Assembly (NCBI GenBank): GCA_036419695.1
Contig: CP143946.1
Span: forward strand, 3,895,935-3,959,934
From: [Clostridium] symbiosum
GTDB lineage: Bacteria; Bacillota; Clostridia; Lachnospirales; Lachnospiraceae
DNA length: 64,000 nucleotides
Direction of reading: 5' to 3'
Part shown: positions 1 through 10,262 of the stretch, one piece after another
Layout of the letters: each line of letters begins with the position of its first letter
Position numbering within the stretch: the stretch's first letter is position 1
Notes under the pieces: generated by a model
What the model saw: only the letters and a program-made list of their open reading frames with translations
The model's database searches: none
What the model was told of the DNA's origin: nothing
Made by a program: the position numbers and the translations under genes

Positions 1-2114
1 AACACATGATGTCCTTTCAGATTATCATTCATCCTTTGGCTCCCGATATTATCAGCCACACGTTCGATACCAGTCACTGTAAGAAGCGTGTTGTACAGGG
101 TTGAGGCAAAAATGGGCTTGGATAAAAATGCATTAGCGCCTGCTTCCCGTGCGTTTTGTTCTATAGAGGTCCAGTCATAGGCTGTCATAATAATAATCGT
201 GGTATCCGGACCCACGAACTCCCGAATCCTCCGGGTTACTTCTATCCCATCCATGTCCGGCATCTTCCAGTCGATAAGACACACATCGTATACTTCTCCG
301 GTTCTATGGGCAGATAAAACCTCTTCTACACATTCAGCCCCTGTCTGCACCCAGTGTGACAGAATCCCCAGATTTTTCAGCAGCAGCGAGGTATGGATAC
401 AGCAGTCCTGGTCATCATCGGCCACAAGAACCTTGAGTGCTTTTAATGCCTGGTGATTGCAGGAAGAAGCATTTTCGCTTGTCTCATCTACATCAAAGTC
501 TAACTCTACCGTGAAGGTAGTACCCTTTTCTAATTCGCTTTTTACTGTAATTGTGCCGCCCATCAAAGTGACCAGATTCTTAGTAATGGACAACCCCAAA
601 CCTGTACCGCCATATTTTTGGCTTGTGGAAGCATTTTCCTGCTCAAATGGCTGAAAAATTCTGTTCATAAATTCCTCACTCATACCAATTCCGGTATCTG
701 TTACCGTAAAGCGCAGGCGTACCCGTTGGTCCTTCTTTTGTATCTGACAGATTTCCAGACGTATCGTACCGTTGGCCGGTGTAAATTTGACAGCGTTGGA
801 AAGGAGATTAATTAAAACCTGGTTCAAACGCAACGAATCACCAATCAACACCGTATCGGTAAGATAGAGCAAATTCATGGAAAAATTAATATCCTTCGCA
901 GTCGCCTGAGGATAGAAAATGGAAGTAAGAGATTCGGCCACGTTCTCCAAATTGAAACTTTCGCAGGCAATAGTCATCTTTCCCTCATCAATTTTTGACA
1001 TATCCAAAACATCATTGATGAGTGTCATCAAATGCTTCGATGAGTAAGCAATTTTTTTCAGGCAATCTTCTACCCGTTTGCGGTCTTCTATATAGGCTCC
1101 TGCGATGGTTGTCATGCCAATGATCGCATTCATGGGCGTACGGATCTCATGGCTCATACGGGAAAGAAAGTTCTGCTTAGCCGCATTCGCATTCTGCGCA
1201 TTGACCAGTGCATCCCTGAGGGCCTGCTCTTTCTGTATTTCCTCTGTCTGGTCGGAAAGGGATACAATATAGCGTGTTACCTTTCCCCCTGTAATTTCAG
1301 GATAGCACCGAATCTTAACCCATCGTATTTGTTCTGTTGTAAGGTGCATCCGTAAATCTATGCTCTTGTTGACCTCCGAATCTGTACGCACGATAAACTC
1401 TGCAAAAGCGTTCTGGTCTTCTTCGATAACCAGGTGCGTCAGCAACTCCGCCTTCTCCATGACGGCGGAATCTTTTATTCCAAGGACATGCTCACAGTTA
1501 GCGCTGACATACTCCAATGCGTCTTTCTCCTGATTATAAATCAGAAATACCTCATCCACATTGGAGGCGAGAATATCAAATAAATGTTCCCTGTATTGGA
1601 TCTCCCTGATATTTTTACGTTCCTGCCAAAATGCAAACAGAAAGAAAGCAGGAAGAAAAATTGTAAGCACCGTTGATGAAATAATAGCAGTCGCAGATGT
1701 ATCCGCCGCACTCTGCTCCAAATTTCGAATTTTACTGTCTGCAAAGGAAATAATAGTGTCCAGAGCCTCCCCTACCGCATTATATTTAGGATATAAATAT
1801 TCCGACACATACTGCGCAGTTTCTTCTCTGCTCATGGGGACAATGATTGGTAATGCCTCATTCTGCGTATTTTCCAAATCCTGCATGGCCGATAGCAGCT
1901 GTTCGGTATCTTCAACCGGTCCGAGATATTGGCTGGTAATAATTTTTATAGAACTGTACTGCATGTCGTACCGGTTATTCAGCGTCTGCTCCACCTCGAC
2001 TATATCGGTTTCCGGATCCGCAACTAAATTCAGCAAAAATCCCTTCATGTCCAAAAGCCGCGACCTCATGGCCCTGGATTCATTGGAAACCGTATAAGGG
2101 TGCTCATAAATCAT
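1..2114 (-). CDS. hybrid sensor histidine kinase/response regulator (PAS-HisKA-HATPase-REC), 3' end runs off window; alternative TTG start at 2200 would add an N-terminal TM helix
   Basis: Reverse-strand translation read manually: H-box HEIRTPMNAI, G-box DTGIGM, G2 GGTGLGLSI, then receiver VLVADDDQ...DWKMPDMDG. ORF not in supplied track because it lacks an in-window stop. Confidence 0.85.
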   Translation of the reverse strand, partial: MIYEHPYTVSNESRAMRSRLLDMKGFLLNLVADPETDIVEVEQTLNNRYDMQYSSIKIITSQYLGPVEDTEQLLSAMQDLENTQNEALPIIVPMSREETAQYVSEYLYPKYNAVGEALDTIISFADSKIRNLEQSAADTSATAIISSTVLTIFLPAFFLFAFWQERKNIREIQYREHLFDILASNVDEVFLIYNQEKDALEYVSANCEHVLGIKDSAVMEKAELLTHLVIEEDQNAFAEFIVRTDSEVNKSIDLRMHLTTEQIRWVKIRCYPEITGGKVTRYIVSLSDQTEEIQKEQALRDALVNAQNANAAKQNFLSRMSHEIRTPMNAIIGMTTIAGAYIEDRKRVEDCLKKIAYSSKHLMTLINDVLDMSKIDEGKMTIACESFNLENVAESLTSIFYPQATAKDINFSMNLLYLTDTVLIGDSLRLNQVLINLLSNAVKFTPANGTIRLEICQIQKKDQRVRLRFTVTDTGIGMSEEFMNRIFQPFEQENASTSQKYGGTGLGLSITKNLVTLMGGTITVKSELEKGTTFTVELDFDVDETSENASSCNHQALKALKVLVADDDQDCCIHTSLLLKNLGILSHWVQTGAECVEEVLSAHRTGEVYDVCLIDWKMPDMDGIEVTRRIREFVGPDTTIIIMTAYDWTSIEQNAREAGANAFLSKPIFASTLYNTLLTVTGIERVADNIGSQRMNDNLKGHHV

Positions 2115-2289
2115 TGTAGCTGTTTTACGTAATTGACAGGTGGAAAAAATGCTGAAAATCGATAAGCCGATTGCACACACACAGACCAGGACCAATCCAA
2201 TATTTCTTACATCCATTTTCTTTTTTTGTACATTCATGACGCTGACTCCTCTTGCCATAAAATGGCTGCCTTAAAACATCTCTTGAACA

Positions 2290-3996
2290 TCAGGAATTCC
2301 AATTGCCTTCTTCCACATTTTTTCCCAGCCGGAAACGACTGGCCATCCTGCTTAATACCTGAGCCTGATAAGATAATTCCTCGCTGGCAGCCGCAATTTC
2401 CTCCGCCGTTGCAGAACTGGACTGGACAACATCTGATATGCGGCTGATTTCCTGCGTAATTTGGCGTACCGACAGTTCCTGCTTAACAGAAGCTTCCGTT
2501 ATGGAATGAATCGACTTCGTAATGTCCTCCACTCCATTTACTACGTCCATCAGCGCTTCTGCCGTGCGGTCAGCAATCCGATCTCCCTGTTCTACTTTTT
2601 CCAGGGACTTTTTTATCAAATCAGCCGTGCTTTTGGATGCCTCAGATGATTTGTTTGCCAGCTCACGCACTTCATTCGCCACAACCGCAAAACCTCTTCC
2701 CGTATCCCCTGCCCGTGCCGCCTCTATCCCCGCATTTAAAGCAAGGATATTGGTCTGGAAAGCGATGTCCTCAATAGTCTTAATAATTCGTCCGATTGCT
2801 TGTGAACTGGCGCGTATTTCTGCCATTGCAGCCAACATATCCTGCATCTGTCTGCGGCTGTCTTCCGCATCCGTCTGCACTGTCTTTGTTTGTTCATTCA
2901 CTGCTTTGGCATTCTTCACATTGTGCTCTACCTGTTCCGATATGTCGCCGATTGCACTGGATAATAATTCTATAGAGGCAGCCTGCTCTGTCGCTCCCTG
3001 GGCCTGAATCTGTGCCCCGGATGATACCTGTTCCGCCCCCGCCGCCACTTGCAATGTAGATTGATTAATTTGTGATAAGGTATTTTTTAAATCATTTATA
3101 ATCCTGCCCAGAGAAGACCGCACGGAATCCAACTCGCCCACATAGCTGTCTTTTGTCCGGCTATGGATATCAAAGTTCCCTTCTGCCATTTCATTTAACA
3201 GAAATGTTTCATCCTGGATCACCGCTGTAAGTACGGTAATCATACTCCGCATATCATCGGCCAATTTTCCCATCTCATCTCCGGACTGAAAGGTAATTTG
3301 AGTCGTTGAAAACTGTCCGGCCGCTATGTTCTGCGCTGCCTGTTCCAGCTCCACTATCCCTACCGAAATTCCCCTGGTAATATACACCCAGAAACCAATG
3401 CTGATGATTACGCTCACACATCCCAGAACTACCAGAATCGCAACAGCGCGGGCCTGCCGTTCCTGCAATTGTGTCATCAACTGCAATCCTGTTCTGTTGC
3501 CGCTTTCAATCAGCCTATCCAATTCCTTCTGAGCCTCCTGGAGCACCAGGATATTGTTGCTTTCCATAAAGGCTGCTGCCTCTTCATTTTTATTTTCCTT
3601 CGCCAATGAGAGAACGTGTTCCCGCATTGGAGCAAGCCTGGCCAGGCAGTCTTCCAACCGTGCTGCAATTTGTGAATCACCCAGAAAATGTTCTTTTACG
3701 ATCGGAAGCTCGTCCCCGATTATACTTGCCGAATCAAAGGCATTGGCAGTCGCCTCCCCAATTATCTCCTCATCCGTATTTACAATGGCCCGGTAGGTTG
3801 CCTTCTGCATTCTTTCAAAATTTGAATGGATTTTGTTGGCACTTTCATTGACCATAAATGGTCCATCATAGAAGGCTTTTATTTTTGAATTCAGATTAAC
3901 CAAACTTATAATGCTGATGCAAAAACCAATAATCATCAACAGCAAAACCGTTGCAAATGAAACAAACAGTTTCCTCCCTATAGTAAAGCGTTTCAT
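2290..3996 (-). CDS. methyl-accepting chemotaxis protein
   Basis: 568 aa; N-terminal TM, HAMP, MCP signalling domain (RGFAVVANEVRELA, EQAASIELLSSAI); GGAGGGG RBS upstream. Confidence 0.9.
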   Translation of the reverse strand: MKRFTIGRKLFVSFATVLLLMIIGFCISIISLVNLNSKIKAFYDGPFMVNESANKIHSNFERMQKATYRAIVNTDEEIIGEATANAFDSASIIGDELPIVKEHFLGDSQIAARLEDCLARLAPMREHVLSLAKENKNEEAAAFMESNNILVLQEAQKELDRLIESGNRTGLQLMTQLQERQARAVAILVVLGCVSVIISIGFWVYITRGISVGIVELEQAAQNIAAGQFSTTQITFQSGDEMGKLADDMRSMITVLTAVIQDETFLLNEMAEGNFDIHSRTKDSYVGELDSVRSSLGRIINDLKNTLSQINQSTLQVAAGAEQVSSGAQIQAQGATEQAASIELLSSAIGDISEQVEHNVKNAKAVNEQTKTVQTDAEDSRRQMQDMLAAMAEIRASSQAIGRIIKTIEDIAFQTNILALNAGIEAARAGDTGRGFAVVANEVRELANKSSEASKSTADLIKKSLEKVEQGDRIADRTAEALMDVVNGVEDITKSIHSITEASVKQELSVRQITQEISRISDVVQSSSATAEEIAAASEELSYQAQVLSRMASRFRLGKNVEEGNWNS

Positions 3997-4176
3997 GCTG
4001 CCCCTCCATTGTATTCCCTATCATTCCGGACTCATTCCTTCAACTTTGCTCATGTACTATTTGTAGTCTACCATAACATGTGTATATTCGCAATTCATTT
4101 ATTGTTTTATGGGTATTATAAAGAACAGTAGAACATATAGTCCGCTTATGTTAAAATTAATGGAGGAGGTGTCTAA

Positions 4177-5574
4177 ATGAAGTCCCAGACAGAATTATAC
4201 TATCTTATTTATGATTACTACGTTACCCGAATTCTCTTTGGCCACTATAAATTTGGTAACGCGCTTCCTTCAATGCCAAATATCAGTGATTATTTTCATC
4301 TGTCCATACCGACTGTCAGGAAAGCGTTCGCACTCCTGGAAGAGAAAAACTACATTAAAATTGAGGCTCCGAAAGCAGCTATGGTAACCTACAAGGCTAC
4401 AGCCGATGATTATCTGCGCAATATCGCTGTTCATCTGTCAACCTATAAAGACGGCATTCTGGATATGAGACAGATGAATCCGTTACTTTTGGGTCCTTTG
4501 CTGGAGGCCGGCATAAAGCAATGGGATGAAGCCACCTGGGAGACACAATGGGGTGAAATTAAAAACATTAACTTTGACGGAATGTCCCTTACGATACAGC
4601 TGTACACGGCCGCCTTATCCTCCCTTCATAATGATTTAATTCTTACATTCTACCGCAAAATAAATTTCTATGCCCGTATACCATATCTGCGCAGTGAGCA
4701 TGACATTATGAAAGGAATAATAGAAACAGTTGATACGCTTACAAAAGATGAAGTTGGAGCCTATCTTACCAATAAATTGGGAGCGGTTTACAAGGATGCT
4801 TATGCACATATCTTTAAGATCATCCAAACGCTCTCCCCACAATTTCTGGAAGGCGAGTTTCCCCAGATTCCATTTGAATGGAGTTTTTACCCAAGACATT
4901 CTCAAATCCGTTACACATTGGGTGCGAAGATTATATTGGAAATTTTGTATGGATCCTATCCTGTTGGAAGCTTTCTTCCCTCCCTGAGCCAGATGGTAAA
5001 ACGTTACCAGATCCCCCTCATCACCATACGCCGTACTCTGGCCTCTTTATCTGACTTGGGTGTGGTAAAATCCTATCAGGGGAAGGGGACACAAGTATGC
5101 CTTGGACAGAAAGATGTGGATATAAGGGGAGTTTCTGTCCAACTTGGCCTGAAACGTCTTTTAGAAAGTCTTCAGTTTCTATCATTGACAGTTCGTAATG
5201 TTAGCCGTTTTACCTTTGAGCAGGTTTCTGAAGAAGCATTACACGAATTTCTCCAGGCTTTGAATCAAATTCATAGAGAAGAAAAGGACTGCCTTATTGT
5301 GGATGTCTTTTTAACATTTATAACAAAGCATTGTCCATGTACCATAGTCTGCGAATGTTACTGTAAACTGACGGAATGCCTCGCCACTGGATATCCCCTC
5401 ATACTTTTAAAAATGAAGGGAGACGATTATAAACGATTATACTCCAATCGGATTCTCCAGACGATTCAATGTACCGAATGCATGGATAGAGAAGGGATAG
5501 TTGCAGGATGGAGTGAATTTTTTGAGGAACAGAGGCAATGGTATAGAGTTTTTCTTGCTGAAGAAGGACGTTGA
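4177..5574 (+). CDS. transcriptional regulator with two tandem GntR-type wHTH modules
   Basis: 465 aa; GntR HTH signature twice (ALPSMPNISDYFHLSIPTVRKAFALLEEKNYI and FLPSLSQMVKRYQIPLITIRRTLASLSDLGVV); GGAGGAGGTG RBS. Confidence 0.75.
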   Translation: MKSQTELYYLIYDYYVTRILFGHYKFGNALPSMPNISDYFHLSIPTVRKAFALLEEKNYIKIEAPKAAMVTYKATADDYLRNIAVHLSTYKDGILDMRQMNPLLLGPLLEAGIKQWDEATWETQWGEIKNINFDGMSLTIQLYTAALSSLHNDLILTFYRKINFYARIPYLRSEHDIMKGIIETVDTLTKDEVGAYLTNKLGAVYKDAYAHIFKIIQTLSPQFLEGEFPQIPFEWSFYPRHSQIRYTLGAKIILEILYGSYPVGSFLPSLSQMVKRYQIPLITIRRTLASLSDLGVVKSYQGKGTQVCLGQKDVDIRGVSVQLGLKRLLESLQFLSLTVRNVSRFTFEQVSEEALHEFLQALNQIHREEKDCLIVDVFLTFITKHCPCTIVCECYCKLTECLATGYPLILLKMKGDDYKRLYSNRILQTIQCTECMDREGIVAGWSEFFEEQRQWYRVFLAEEGR

Positions 5575-5592
5575 TAGTTTCTCTTTGCAGAT

Positions 5593-5635
5593 AACAAAAC
5601 GACCGGAAACTGCTTGGCGTTTCCGGTCGTTTTTA
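5593..5635. terminator. bidirectional rho-independent terminator
   Basis: Perfect 15-bp inverted repeat AAAACGACCGGAAAC/GTTTCCGGTCGTTTT flanked by A/T tracts, between convergent genes. Confidence 0.7.
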
Positions 5636-5786
5636 CGTTCCCCAATCATATAATAGCTACAACTTTCTGAATATGTTTTCCGAATATCACGTCCAGCAAA
5701 AACAAATCTACTTCTGAATTCTAACAAAAATACAGTAATATTATCCATCAATGCATCTTTTAAAATTCATTTATTGCAGCAGGCAT

Positions 5787-6524
5787 TTATGTACTATGCT
5801 TTTCCGAAGGGAGTGCTTTTCCTGCTTTCCTTGCAGATTTTTTGATTTTTTCATGGTAGAAGAAATTCACAATGGTTGGTTGTGCATCAAAAGGTTTATT
5901 CCTGCTGTCATCATTCCGGACATATTCAAGCCCATTACTGTTTGCGTAGGAACGGATTGCTCCGTCAAGAGCCTCCCAATAAAGTCTGCTTCCATTGGAA
6001 TATATCTCATCATATAGAGTAATAAGATCCGGATGCTTTTCTCTGATATAATCCAGAATGACCATTTTATAACTGCCTCGAAGATTCAGATTTTCCAGCC
6101 ATACCAGATTGCATTGCTTCTTGACACGGTCAATGATAGCAGGTACATCCGTAATTCCAGGAAAGATAGGCCAGATAAAACAAGTTGTGCGAATACCAGC
6201 ATCATGCAACTGCTTCATTGCTGCAAGTCTGTGTTCAATTTCCTGCGGGTTGTATGGATCTGTGACAGAGCCAAAGAACAATTCCTTTCCGCAATACTTT
6301 CCAGGATTCTTAATGTCCTGCCAATACTTAACATCCAAAAATTCACCCCAAGGTTCTGGATGGTTCGTGAAACGCTTCATAAAGCTGGCATAGCAATATT
6401 TGCAGGCATGAGAACACCCCACATAAGGATTAACGGAATAATCGCTTACCGGAAGATTTGATTTTGTAAAAATACTCTTTGTTTCGATCTCTTTGATTAT
6501 CATGACTGCTTTTCCCTTCGACAT
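5787..6524 (-). CDS. radical SAM protein, SPL (spore photoproduct lyase-like/DNA photolyase) family
   Basis: 245 aa; CxxxCxxC motif in NPYVGCSHACKYCYA; family-typical length. Confidence 0.8.
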   Translation of the reverse strand: MSKGKAVMIIKEIETKSIFTKSNLPVSDYSVNPYVGCSHACKYCYASFMKRFTNHPEPWGEFLDVKYWQDIKNPGKYCGKELFFGSVTDPYNPQEIEHRLAAMKQLHDAGIRTTCFIWPIFPGITDVPAIIDRVKKQCNLVWLENLNLRGSYKMVILDYIREKHPDLITLYDEIYSNGSRLYWEALDGAIRSYANSNGLEYVRNDDSRNKPFDAQPTIVNFFYHEKIKKSARKAGKALPSEKHST

Positions 6525-6677
6525 TTACCACTTATTCCAATGAACTTTTTCCTTTACCGCAGCGGTTACCTGTGCAGGTACTTCCGCATTCTTCACAGGG
6601 TATCCAACTGCAATCACCGCTGGCAGCACATAATCCTTTGGTGCTTTAATTACGCTTTGGATTGCTTGTAGAAATCC
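6525..6677 (-). pseudogene. nitroreductase-family C-terminal remnant (about 50 codons) fused to rSAM start
   Basis: Manual translation ...DYVLPAVIAVGYPVKNAEVPAQVTAAVKEKVHWNKW* resembles nitroreductase C-termini; TAA stop abuts rSAM ATG; no N-terminal part exists. Confidence 0.45.
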
Positions 6678-6715
6678 ATCTGAATATCCTCCTGTGGATC
6701 AAATATAATCTTTAT

Positions 6716-7639
6716 TTACTGTGAAACTTTAGTAAGGAAACTTTTTTGTGATCCTTGCTGCACCACATCTGTCTCCCTGACATTTCCCAACAGCAATGGC
6801 GAGTCCGGGTCATGGTACCTATAGTTCTCCTGGGCTTTGTCCGGCTTCTTATTAGCATAACAATACTTGCAGCCATTTAGGCAGGTATCATACGCACCAA
6901 TATCCCGGCTTTCCATACAATGGCATCCCTGGCGCATTCCCTTATGCTTCAGATTACGAAACTGAATATGATTTGCTTTTCCTAACATTTCCAAAGTCAT
7001 ACAGCCAGATGGATGAATGCCATACCCAGAGTAGTCTCCATTCGTTCCGCAGGTTTGTAAATACAGTCCATATTTATCAGCAACCAAACCCATCCCCTTC
7101 GCGAGAGCATTTTGATCTTCCTCTGTAAGAGGAAGCAACTCTGGCATATTCGTTTCCAACTTTTTGTACATCTCCACAAAGCTGAAAATACAGCGTTCAA
7201 CGAGAGGGGTAAGTTCTTGGGCCATCATATCAAATGTTTCCAGATGGGTTTGTATCGTATACTTTTCTGTTAACAAAACAGGGTCATATCGCCATGCAAG
7301 GCGTTCTTTCCCCACAATCGCAGATAACTTTCTGAGCGTTTTCATGCTTTCTCCAATAGATGGCACACCGGGTTCTACATCCTTACCATATGCTGTGATT
7401 GTGTAGTAAAAATAAGTCGGAAACCTTTCTATCAATTGAGGCAAGTCATTCAGTATCGGTTCATAATTTTTAGAACAAAAAACCACGCAGTCCACCTTAT
7501 CCGGTGTTAATTCATAACAAGTAACTTTATTGGGGAATAGCGGATTTCTGGAATACACAAAACCTTCCTCAAATCGCTTTAAGAGCCATTGGGTGTAATA
7601 CTGGACGGTATCTGTTCGTCCACCTGTGTTGATAATCAT
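6716..7639 (-). CDS. DUF1848 domain-containing protein
   Basis: 307 aa; conserved DUF1848 N-terminus (MIINTGGRTD...WRYDP) and C-terminal Cys cluster CHC...CKYCYA. Confidence 0.8.
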   Translation of the reverse strand: MIINTGGRTDTVQYYTQWLLKRFEEGFVYSRNPLFPNKVTCYELTPDKVDCVVFCSKNYEPILNDLPQLIERFPTYFYYTITAYGKDVEPGVPSIGESMKTLRKLSAIVGKERLAWRYDPVLLTEKYTIQTHLETFDMMAQELTPLVERCIFSFVEMYKKLETNMPELLPLTEEDQNALAKGMGLVADKYGLYLQTCGTNGDYSGYGIHPSGCMTLEMLGKANHIQFRNLKHKGMRQGCHCMESRDIGAYDTCLNGCKYCYANKKPDKAQENYRYHDPDSPLLLGNVRETDVVQQGSQKSFLTKVSQ

Positions 7640-8127
7640 TTTTCGTCCTCATTTCCTTTGACAAGGTCTGTCAAATTCTTCGTAAACCGTCTTGAGAGAT
7701 CTATAAGCTGCTCTTGTTCCTCTGGTGTAAACATCGACATTGCGGTATCCTCTGCCCAGGTTATATGTCTGACAGGCTTCTCAGAATATACCCGCCCTTC
7801 ATCTGTCATTCTGACTGTCCTGTTTCTCTTGTCATCTGCGTTCTCCTCAAGTGTGACATAACCATCTGCCTGAAGATTTTTGACAATCAGACTCACTGTT
7901 TGCTTTGACTGGAAGGTTCGTTCGCAAATTTCTTTTTGTGTCATTCCGTTTTTCGCATAAAACAAAACATTGAGAACCAAAAAAGTTTTCATTAGAATTC
8001 CATTACTCTTTGCATACTCATCATAGAGTGCAAATTGTTCATCTCGAAATTTACAATATAAAAAGGCATTTCTTCTATCCTCCTTATTCAATTCTCCACC
8101 TCCCAACTCTATAATAGGATTAGTCAA
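7636..8127 (-). CDS. MarR family transcriptional regulator (true start possibly TTG near 8091 after GGAGGTGGAG RBS)
   Basis: MarR wHTH (MTQKEICERTFQSKQTVSLIVKNLQADGYV); 4-bp overlap with DUF1848 gene, so an operon. Confidence 0.85.
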   Translation of the reverse strand: MTNPIIELGGGELNKEDRRNAFLYCKFRDEQFALYDEYAKSNGILMKTFLVLNVLFYAKNGMTQKEICERTFQSKQTVSLIVKNLQADGYVTLEENADDKRNRTVRMTDEGRVYSEKPVRHITWAEDTAMSMFTPEEQEQLIDLSRRFTKNLTDLVKGNEDEK

Positions 8128-8148
8128 TTAATTGACTAATCCTATTAT
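8111..8148. promoter_or_regulatory. 38-bp perfect palindrome, candidate MarR operator
   Basis: ATAATAGGATTAGTCAATTAATTGACTAATCCTATTAT is its own reverse complement; lies at or just upstream of marR start and contains TTGACT/TATTAT-like elements. Confidence 0.7.
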
Positions 8149-8460
8149 AGAACATTTTTTACTATTGTCAATAGGCGCATGCATAGACTTTATATGCCGT
8201 TTGTTTTTATAATTGGGATTATCCACTTTGTCTTCCCTCCATCAGCATGAATCACATCCAGCATCTTCCCAAATGCCCGGATATACGCCTGCTGGCAGGC
8301 AGGAAACCATTTTTAAAAGTACCGTTATTCAGTTCCCGCACTTCCGTCAATTTCGACTCCGGAAAATGCCGGTCCACCAAAATTTGTATTTTTTCCGGCG
8401 TTATTTTATATTTCGTTGTGATACTCACAGCGTTACTCCTTTCATGCACCACGCTTCTTT

Positions 8461-10262
8461 CTATACTTGGGCCTGTTTGAAACTTCTTTGGAACTGACTG
8501 TTATATAAGTCCGTATAAAATCCATTTCTCTCCATCAGTTCCTCATGGGACCCTTGTTCAACAATTGTCCCTTTATCCATAACGAGAATCTGATCCGCAT
8601 CTCTGATTGTGGAAAGCCGGTGTGCAATAATAAAACTGGTCTTCCCCTCCATCAGGCCGTTCATAGCCTGCTGTATTTCACTTTCTGTTCTGGTATCCAC
8701 ACTGGATGTCGCCTCATCCAATACCATGATTACCGGATCTGCAAGAATGGCCCTGGCGATTGTAAAGAGTTGTTTCTGTCCTTCCGACATCACGGTTACC
8801 TCGTTGTCCAGAACCGTTTCATACCCGTGGGGAAGTGTCCTGATAAAATGGTCAATTTTGGCTGCCACCGCCGCTTGCCGTATTTCATCCTCCGATGCCC
8901 CCGGTTTCCCATAAGATAGATTGTCGGCCGCGGTTCCGGTAAAAAGCCAGGTATCCTGAAGCACCATACCAATCATCGAACGCAGTTCCTTCCGGCTCAT
9001 ATCCGTGATATCCTCGCCGTCTATCCGGATTGTTCCCCCCCCCTCAGTTCATAGAAACGCATCAATAGATTCACAAATGTTGTCTTCCCGGCCCCGGTCG
9101 GACCAACAATGGCAACCTTACTGCCCGCTTTTACCTCTATGTTAATGTCCTCCATCAAAATATTCTCATCATCATATCCGAACCGCACATGCTCAAAGCA
9201 GACAGTTCCTTTCGGATTTGAAAAAGATTGATCCGAAGCTTCATCCGGTACCTCTTCCTCCTCGTCCAGGAGCTGGTACACCCGCTCGCCGGCGGCCACA
9301 GCCCCCTGCATGGAATTCACCACAAAGGCCAGCGCCATCACGGATTCCGCCACCTTGCTGATATATTGGAAAAACGCCTGTATATATCCAATGGACATTT
9401 TCCCCTGAATCACAAGGATTGCCCCGCCTACCGCTGCCGCGATATAACCCAGATGGTTCAGAAAGCGAATAACCGGATTAATTACATAAGTAATAAACTG
9501 CGCCCTCTTTCCTGTTTTGCACAGATGTTCACTCATCCGCACAGCGGATTCTACCATCCTGTCCTGAAGATTAAAGCCCTTCACCACCAAATTCCCAGTA
9601 AAGGCTTCCTCAATTCCCGCGTTGTATTCTCCCAAAGCCTTTTGATTTTCTCTGTGACACTGTTCCGTTTTATTTGAAATAACGGCTGCTGCCACCATAC
9701 TGAACAAGACGGTAATCAGGACAACCACTGTCAAGGTTTTGTTAATGACCAGCATCATTGCAATCGAACCGGTAATCCCCACAACAGAATTCAAAAGCTG
9801 TGACAAACCCTCCTGCAGTGTATCCGCCACCTTTTCCATATCGCTGGTAGCCCGGCTCAATATCTCTCCTTTTTTATTCCTGTCATAAAAGCTCAGGGGA
9901 AGACGATTCAGCTTATCACTGATTTTCTTTCTCATGGACAGCGACAAATTCTGCGCTACCCCCGCCATCACATATTCTCCCACATAGCCGACCATTCCCC
10001 GGAACACGAAGATGGCAAACAATGCCAGCAGAATCCGTCCTGTTGTCTCTATTTTTAACTGAAATGCAGCATCCGTACCCATCGTGTCCTGAACCCCTGC
10101 AACAATCTGATTAATGGCCTCCGCCAAAAGGTGTGGATAGAGAAGACCTAAAACTGCGCCTGTGATAACACTGATCAGAACAATGAGAATCCTCCACTTC
10201 TGTCCCATCAGCTCCTTTGCAAGACGATACGCCGTTCGATTTTTCGTTTTTTTCATCTTCAT
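8461..10262 (-). pseudogene. ABC transporter ATP-binding protein/permease (heterodimeric multidrug exporter type), disrupted by frameshift at poly-C tract
   Basis: ORF 9021-10262 gives 6-TM domain plus Walker A GPTGAGKTT; ORF 8461-9000 gives the rest (LSEGQKQ signature, Walker B ILVMDEATSS). Adding one G to the G9 run restores ...RFYELRGGGTIRIDGEDI... Confidence 0.85.
9035..9043. repeat. C9/G9 homopolymer tract inside ABC exporter coding sequence (frameshift site)
   Basis: ttcccccccccctc read directly; 10 residues would keep the frame. Confidence 0.9.

Noticed and set aside
199-2097. Several 60-180-aa plus-strand ORFs (199-456, 457-654, 1561-2097 and others)
   Set aside because: They lie antisense to a long, motif-rich hybrid histidine kinase on the minus strand. 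They have low-complexity translations and no RBS.
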